Origin: a virus
Taxonomy: Duplodnaviria; Caudoviricetes
Direction: 5' to 3' (one strand)
DNA: 64,000 bases
IMG/VR virus record: IMGVR_UViG_2775507244_000004
Shown: in pieces, positions 56,901-64,000 of the stretch
Layout: every line of letters starts with the position of its first letter
Numbering within the stretch: position 1 is the stretch's first letter
Translations under genes and position numbers: made by a program
Notes under the pieces: generated by a model
The model's database searches: none
Seen by the model: the letters and a program-made list of their open reading frames with translations, nothing else
What the model was told of the DNA's origin: nothing

Positions 56901-59900
56901 GTCTCCAACGAGGCCGCCATCAAGGCCGAACTGAGCGCAAAGACCAAGGCCGAACTGCTGCGCGATGGCGGGCCGTACCTGCAAATGCGCTACGCCAACG
57001 AGAAGAAAGACGGCGTGGTCGACGCCGTCTATCGACAGATGATCGGCGAGTACGCACTTGGCGAGACCGTGAGCTACGGCATTGCGCGCGATAGCTACCA
57101 GAAAGCGGTGCGCCGCATGGTCGAGGCGACCGACGCCGACAAGCTGGCGCAGTACGTCCGTGACCGCGAGGCGGCCATTCGAGAGGCTGAGGTCCGCCGC
57201 ACGGCGCGCGCTGAGGCAATGGCGAACCCGCAGACGCTCAACGACTACCGCAGCCTGATGAGCGAGCACATCCGGGAAGGCAAGACGCGGCATGAGGCGT
57301 TTCTGATGCTGACCCCGGAGCAGCGCATCCGCTACGACGAGCTCGAAGCAGAAGGAACGCGCGAGGCCCGCGAGGCGCGCAAGCGTGCTGCGCAAAATGA
57401 GGTTCGCGCAGCCGGCCAGACAACGGGCGGGCAGATAATCGCAACAAAGCACACGCGCGACGGGCATGACCTTTTCGTCGTGCAACTGGCCGACCGCCTG
57501 AGCAGGGAGGATTACAACACCGTGTTGGCTGGCGCAAAGCGGCTGGGCGGGCGGTATTCAACGTTCCGTGGCAACGGCGCCGTGCCCGGCTTCCAGTTCA
57601 GGACGCGCGAGGATGCAGAGGCATTCCTGAAGCTGGCGGGCGGCGACGTTGAGGCAGCGAAGGATCAGGTCGAGCAGCGCCGTGACGCATTCGCCGACGA
57701 TAAGAGTCAGACCGCAGCCGAGCGCTTGGTCGAGATGGCTGACCGCATGGAGCAGGAAGCCAACGCCGAAGAGAGCCGCGATCGCAAGGCCAACACCGCG
57801 CGCCGCGCCCGCTTTGCCTCGGCGGCGCTCAACGCGGCGGCGGCACAGAAGGCAACGGCCCGGACGATGCGCAACATCGCGCAAGCGATCCAGGGCGGCA
57901 AGGCGAAGTTCCTCGATGCCGTGCGCACGCGCACGCAGGTCGATGCGCTGCTGGGCTACGTGCGCACCGCCAAGGACAATGAACTGCGCGCGAAGTACCC
58001 GAGCTACGCTGAACAGGAAAAGCGCAGGGGCGAGCCGGCGACCGCCGAGACGGCAGGCTTTGCCGAGTTCCCGAGCTACACCGCGTTCCGCTCCGATCTT
58101 GCGATGCTCGGCCGCCAGATGCTAGAGATCGACGGCACGAAGAAGCTCGGCCAGAAGCTGATGAGCGTGGCCGATGACGTGACTGACGCCTATCTTGAGT
58201 TCGCCCGAAATAACATCCGTGCGGTGTCGCAGTTCGGGCGCGGTGACGCGCTGGCCGAGTTCGCCAGCCGCGATGACGCCGAGCGCGCCATCCGCAGGAG
58301 TGGATTGGTCGGCAAGGCCATCGTGCTGCCGGTCAAGCGCGGCCAGAACCGCGTCATCCTGAGTCCGTCCGAAGCGATGAGCCGAAAGGTGTGGGCGGGC
58401 GATGGTGACAAGCGCATCACCTTGTCGGGCGAGTTCGGCAAGGAGCTGGTGGAAGCCATCGGGCGCCGCGGCAACAAGGCCAACGGCCTTTCCGTGCCGT
58501 GGCAGTTCCAGAACGCCTACGACCGCCGCAAGCTTCTTTCCCGAATCGGCATCGAGACGCCGAGCGAGTTCCGTTCGGCGCTGCGGGAGGTGATCGGACT
58601 GCAAGAAACCGCCGTGGCCAACAAGGTCCGCGAGATGGAGCTCGCGATGGTCGGGCGCCGCGCGGACGGGCTGGACTTCTTCCCGACGCCGGCTGAGATC
58701 GCCGACCAAATGGTCGAGGCGGCGGACATCACGCCCGACATGGCAGTGCTTGAGCCAAGCGCCGGCATGGGGCACATCGCCGACCGCATCCGGGAGGCGG
58801 GTGCAGAGCCGGACGTGGTGGAGATTTCCGCCGATCGCCGCGAACTACTGGAGGAAAAGGGCTACCACGTCGCCGAAGTGAACGACTTCATGAACATGGA
58901 GCCGCGCAGCTTCTTCACCTACGGCGACATCTTCCGCGCGCCTGATGGCAAGCAAGGCGTCTTGCGTGGCCTAGGGGGCATGGGCAGCCAGCGCGTTCGA
59001 CTCGAAGACGAACAGGGCAATCGTCTTGGGCTGTACAACCGTGACGAGGTTGTAGGGGTGGCGCATCGCGGATCGTGGAGCGGCTACGACCGCATCATCA
59101 TGAACCCGCCTTTCAGCGACCGCCGCGACGCCGAGCATGTGCAGCACGCATTCACGCTGCTGCGCCCTGGCGGCCGGATCGTGGCGATCATGGGCGAAGG
59201 GGTCTTCTTCGGTCAGGACAAGCGTGCACAAGACTTCCGCGACTGGCTCGAATCCGTTGGCGGCACGTCGGAGAAGCTGCCCGAAGGCTCGTTCATGGAC
59301 CCCGCCCTTCCTGTGCAGACGGGCGTCAATGCGCGCATGGTGGTGATCGACCGCCCGGCCGTTGATGGCGGGGACCGGCAGCCGGGAGATGCTGACCCTG
59401 AAGTGGCCTTCTCGGCGACCTCCCTGCGCGATCGCAACGCACTGCTGACCGGTATCACCGAGAAGGGGCTCGTCCGGGCGATGCGCCTGCAGTTCGGCGA
59501 ACTGTCGGAGGTTACGCAGAAGATGCTGGAGCGTGGCCGTGCCGGCAAGCGTGGCGGCGCCGTCGTCATCAACACCGCGGACATGCGTGAAGTTGGCCGG
59601 ATCGTGGCCGAGAAGACCGGCCGCGACCTCGACTCGACGATGCGCAAGTTCTCTACGGCCGGTGTCGTCAACGGCTTCTACGATCCCAAGTCGGGCCTGA
59701 CCTTCCTTGTCGGCCCGAACCTGAATCCTGTCACCGCAACCGCAGTGCTGCTGCATGAGGTGATGCACGGCCAGCAGCGCCAGAAGATCGACCAGCGCGC
59801 GATGGAAATGGTGCGCGGCCGGCAGTCGCTGAAAGACCCGGCGATGCGCGCCTTCTTCGATCGCGTAGCGCGTCGCATGGCAATGGCCGGCGAATCGAAC

Positions 59901-62900
59901 AAGGCGTCTGAGGCATCCGCCTACATCGTCGAGCAGGCTGTGATCGAAGGCCGGAGCGCGGGCTACCAGTTCGCCGACAATGCCTTCGTGCAGTGGGCTG
60001 ACAAGACGCTCGGGAAGCGTATCGGCGACTTCCTGCGCTCGTTCCTTGGCATGGTCCGCACCTGGGCGCTGCGCAACGGCCTGGGGGCGAAGACCATGAC
60101 CGTCGACGACTTCGTCGGCTACGCAATGGCTGGGCTGGATAAAGCCGCCACTGGCGAGGTGCGTGGGCGCTCTGTGACGGTTTCTGCAAGCATGGCGCAA
60201 GACGAGCAGTCGCAGGACGTCCAGTTCAGCCGCGCCAGCATGAAAGGCGCCCAGGCTCTCGCCAAGAACATCGGCGACGGCCTGAAGTCAATCACCGTCC
60301 ACGACGTGAAGAGGGCCGGCAAGCACAAGCTGACCGACTGGTTGAAGCTGGGTCTGCAGTTCCTTGGCCGCCGGCAACTGGTCGACGTCTATGGCGACGT
60401 GCTGCCGCTGGCCGAGTACGACCGCCTCGCCGCGCAGATGGAGGCCGACAAGAACGATGTCGGTGCATCCGCCGATGATCTCGCGCGCCGCTGGGGCAAG
60501 CTGCCTGACGAGGGCAAGCTGGCCGAACTGATGCACGACGCGACTCTGGCGCAGATCGACGCGGATGAGGCAGTCGAGTACATGCCGGGCGACGATCTGC
60601 CCAAGACCCGCATGCTCAAGGCGCAATTTGCGCAACTCTCGCCGGAGGCGCAGAAGGTCTATCGGGAGGCTCGCGACCACTACCGCAAGCATCATGCGGA
60701 GGTGCGGCAGGCCATCACCGATCGGATCATGCGCAGCGAACTCCGAGAAGAGCGGCGTGCGGAGCTCCTGAAGCGCATGGATGACGACTTTTTCAAGTCG
60801 ATCAAGGGCGTGTACTTCCCGCTCGCCCGCTTCGGGCAGTACGTCGTGGTGACGAAGGACGAAAACGGCAAGGTTGCGAGCGTGTCGCGCGCCGAGACGA
60901 TGGCCGAGGCGGAAGCCATGCGTCAGGAGATGGTCAAGGCGTTCCCGGCGAAGGACGGGTATCAGGTCGGGCGCGTCATTCTGAGCAAGGAGTTCATCGC
61001 TGGACGAGACATGGTCGGGCGCGGCTTCATGTCCGAACTGTTCAACGCGCTCGATGAGCAGCAGCTTGATCCTCGCGTGATGGCTGAACTGGAAGACACG
61101 CTGGGCCAACTCTACTTGTCGTCGTTGCCCGATCTGTCGTGGGCGAAGCACGGCATCCACCGCAAGGGTACGCCCGGCTTCAGCCAGGATGCCCGCCGGG
61201 CCTTCGCGCAAAACACCTTCCACGGCGCGCGCTACCTTGCCAAGCTGCGGTACGGCGATCAGATGCAGGCCGAGCTCGAGCGCATGCAGAAGCACGTCGA
61301 CGAGATGAGCGCGCTTGAGGACTTCGACCAGCCTGCGGCGCAGCGTGTCGTTGATGAAATGAACAAGCGCCACGAAGCGATGATGAACCCGAAGAGCAAC
61401 CCGCTCTCGACGGCGCTGACCAGCTTCGGTTTCGTCTACTACTTGGGCATTTCGCCGGCCGCCGCGGTTGTGAACCTGTCGCAGACGCCGCTCGTCGCCT
61501 ACCCGGTGCTGGGTGCTAAGTGGGGATTCAGGAAGGCTGGCACCGCCCTGATGACGGCCTCGAAGGAAACGATGGAGGGCAAGAACGATCTTCGCTCGCG
61601 CCTGAAGAACGAGGATGAGATCGCCGCCTACGATGAGGCGGTGCGAACTGGGGTGATCGACGTGACCATGGCGCACGACCTCGCCGGCATCGCCCAGGGC
61701 GAGGACGCCAAGGTAATGTGGAAGATCCGCCCGGTAATGCGCGCCGCGAGCTTCCTGTTCCACCATGCAGAGCGCTTCAACCGGCAGGCTACATTCCTGG
61801 CTGCCTACCGTCTTGCGCGGGATGCCGGGGCGAAGCACGACACGGCCTACGCGCAGGCGGTGAAGGCGACCTACGACGGACACTTCGACTACTCGGCCGG
61901 CAACCGGCCGCGGGTTATGCAGGGCAACGTCGCCAAGGTTGTGCTGCTGTTCAAGCAATACGCGCAGAACATGATCTACACGATCGCGCGCAATGCCTAC
62001 CAATCGGTCAAGGGCGAGTCGCCCGAGGTGAGGCGCGAGGCGCGCAAGGTCTTTGCCTCGCTGATGACCATGCACGCGGCCGCGGCCGGCGTGCTGGGCC
62101 TGCCGATGGTTGGCACGCTTCTGGCGCTGGCCTCTGCGCTGGGTGGAAGCGACGATGAGCCGTGGGACGCCGAGGTTGCCTTGCGCAACATGCTGGCAGA
62201 CGCCTTTGGGCCGAAAGCCTCCGAGGTGATCGCCCGCGGCTTCTCGCGTCTGACGCCGTGGGACGTCTCCGGGCGCGTGGGTTTGGACAAGCTGCTGCTG
62301 CCGGACGTGAATGAGAGCCTGGAGGGTCAGCGCTGGGCCGAAGCCTTCGCCACGGCCATGCTTGGCCCGGTGATCGGCATGGGCGTGAATGCGGCCAAGG
62401 GCGCGCAAAAGATGTCAGACGGCGATTACGCCCGCGGCTTGGAGGACATGCTGCCGATCTTCGCGCGCAACCCGATCAAGGCATACCGCCAGTACAGCGA
62501 AGGTGAAGTCGACCGGACTGGCGTGGTCATCAAGGACGAGGTGAGCTTGGCCGGCGTGCTCGGGCAGGCGTCCGGCTTCTCGCCCTCCGAGATCCGCCTT
62601 GCCTTCGAGGGTCGTAGCGCGCTGATGAGCGCGGATCGACGGCTCAACGAGCGCCGCCAGGACTTGGTTACGCAGTTTGCGCGCGCCGCGATGGAGCAGG
62701 ACCAGGGCGGCATGGTCGAGGCACGTAGCGCGATCGCCGAATTCAACAAGGTCAATCCAGGCCGCCGTATCACTCCGCCGCAGTTGTGGCAGAGCGTGCG
62801 CAATCGAGAGCGCCGAATCATCGAGGCAGAGGAGGGGGTGTACCTGCCGCGCACGCGGCGCGACGTGCTCGATGTGGGCAGGTTTGCGGAAGCCCTGTGA

Positions 62901-62915
62901 AGTGAGCGACCTAGG

Positions 62916-63236
62916 CTAGGGAGACCAGTTCCAGCGCTTCAGTCCATCGTTGCCGATGACCTGATCAAGGGGCGTGACCTCCCACTCCTGCAGCACGGCG
63001 CAGCCGCGGTACTCCTCGAACCCACGGATGAGCATGCCGCCGACGCCCGCTTGAACGGCGACCACGCGAGCGTCGTGGAGCACGTATGTCGGGCCGGTGT
63101 TCGACAGCGGCTGATGGAGCTCAAAACTGCGGGCAGCCGATCGCAGATCACCTACGGCTTCGTGCTCGGGCAGATCCGCCTGGTGGTCCGGAATACGGCG
63201 GCCGCCTTGGCGAAGGCGGCGGATGCGAACGAACAT
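62916..63236 (-). CDS. Hypothetical protein, probably SOS-regulated
   Basis: 106-aa ORF starting 16 nt from SOS box. Confidence 0.65.
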   Translation of the reverse strand: MFVRIRRLRQGGRRIPDHQADLPEHEAVGDLRSAARSFELHQPLSNTGPTYVLHDARVVAVQAGVGGMLIRGFEEYRGCAVLQEWEVTPLDQVIGNDGLKRWNWSP

Positions 63237-63252
63237 GAGTCGTCTGTATGAA

Positions 63253-63268
63253 CTGTACGAAATTACAG
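63253..63268. promoter_or_regulatory. LexA SOS box
   Basis: CTGTACGAAATTACAG matches CTGT-N8-ACAG. Confidence 0.75.
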
Positions 63269-63331
63269 TTTATACGTGCCGGTTTGAGCGGTGTAGTGTG
63301 TCGCAGCACCGGATTACCTGAGGAGGATGCG

Positions 63332-64000
63332 ATGTGCGGTCGCTATGCCCTGTATGGCCCTCAGTCGCGCCTGCGAGGCCAGTTTGGCGTCGAGCCCGCT
63401 GACCTTGAGGAGCGCTTTAACATTGCGCCGTCGCAGGATGCGCCGATTGTGCGCTGTGGCGCCGATGGAGCGCGCGAATTGATAGCCGCACGCTGGGGCT
63501 TGCTGCCGTCCTGGGTGAAGGAGCCCGGCAAACTGGCTCAACCCATCAACGCGAAGGTCGAGACTGCGGGCGAGAAGCCGATGTTCAGACATGCGTTCAA
63601 GCGGTCGCGCGCTCTCGTACCGGCGTCAGGTTTCTATGAGTGGGTGCCGGTCGCCGGATACAAGCAGCCTTACTTCATCAGGCCCAGCGGCGGCGAGGCC
63701 CTGTTCGGCTTCGGAGGTCTTCTCGAGCACTGGGAAGGGCCAGAGGGATTTGTCCTCACCTTCGCGATTCTTACAACTGCTGCGAACGATCTGATGCGGC
63801 CGATCCATGATCGAATGCCGGTCATCATCCGGCCCAAGGACTACGCAGCCTGGCTGGATCCCGAGATCACGGACGCGAATCTGGTGCGGGAGTTGGCGAA
63901 CGAATATCCGTCAGCGGACATGGAGGTCTATCCGGTGGGGCGAGCGGTGGGAAATCCGCGGGCGCAGGGGCCGGAGTTAGTTCGACCCGTCCAAGCGTAG
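63332..64000 (+). CDS. SOS response-associated peptidase (SRAP/HMCES family)
   Basis: MCGRY N-terminus, FNIAPSQ, INAKVET, GFYEW, IHDRMPVI; GAGGAGG RBS. Confidence 0.95.
   Translation: MCGRYALYGPQSRLRGQFGVEPADLEERFNIAPSQDAPIVRCGADGARELIAARWGLLPSWVKEPGKLAQPINAKVETAGEKPMFRHAFKRSRALVPASGFYEWVPVAGYKQPYFIRPSGGEALFGFGGLLEHWEGPEGFVLTFAILTTAANDLMRPIHDRMPVIIRPKDYAAWLDPEITDANLVRELANEYPSADMEVYPVGRAVGNPRAQGPELVRPVQA

Larger units (their letters stand above)
50653..62900 (+). pseudogene. Giant polyvalent virion protein (ParB-like, nuclease-like, adenine MTase, HExxH, PLxRFG) interrupted by IS
   Basis: Removing 1640 nt between CTGAGA copies (52343, 53983) joins PSAE to TAQPVLVEQ in frame with ORF 54093-62900, giving 3535 aa. 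Confidence 0.88.
1..64000. mobile_element. Temperate prophage (lambdoid control region, podovirus-type morphogenesis); ends not visible in window
   Basis: Continuous phage gene order: excisionase-like, recombination, cI/cro, replication, terminase, portal, capsid, lysis, tail, ejection genes. Confidence 0.95.

Noticed and set aside
1-64000. Integrase, att sites, tRNA, rRNA, CRISPR
   Set aside because: None recognised; the integrase probably lies left of the window

Overview
Nearly the whole window is one GC-rich temperate prophage, probably of a betaproteobacterium (host not determinable here). The left end has an excisionase-like gene running off the window; no integrase or att site is visible. 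A leftward recombination operon follows (RecB-like nuclease, RecT, RdgC-FtsK-gamma, SMC-like ATPase, DnaQ-like exonuclease, two HNH endonucleases). Next come a long structured pL leader, accessory genes between pL and cI (DUF4145, membrane protein, dTMP kinase, 5'-nucleotidase, YHYH peptide), a cI/cro switch with TAGG-N4-CCTA operators, replication genes and RusA. The podovirus-type late region has terminase, portal, scaffold, N4-gp56-like capsid, lysis, tail and ejection genes. It also holds a P22 immI-like arc/antirepressor block, an SDH protease moron, a ~3535-aa polyvalent protein split by an IS1182-family element, and an SOS-box/SRAP pair at the right end. Most notable: (1) a moron between portal and scaffold with an XRE regulator, an ImmA/IrrE protease, three antisense sRNA units of the same design and two unannotated micro-ORFs carrying beta-clamp-binding motifs (QLSLF, QSDLF); (2) a 16-bp motif CCCYTGTAGGGCTGGM found five times before late gene blocks at fixed distance from a -10-like hexamer; (3) an exported four-Cys protein whose C-terminus copies the DLFDELGI repeat at the N-terminus of the giant virion protein. 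All family assignments come from reading motifs by eye; no database search was run.
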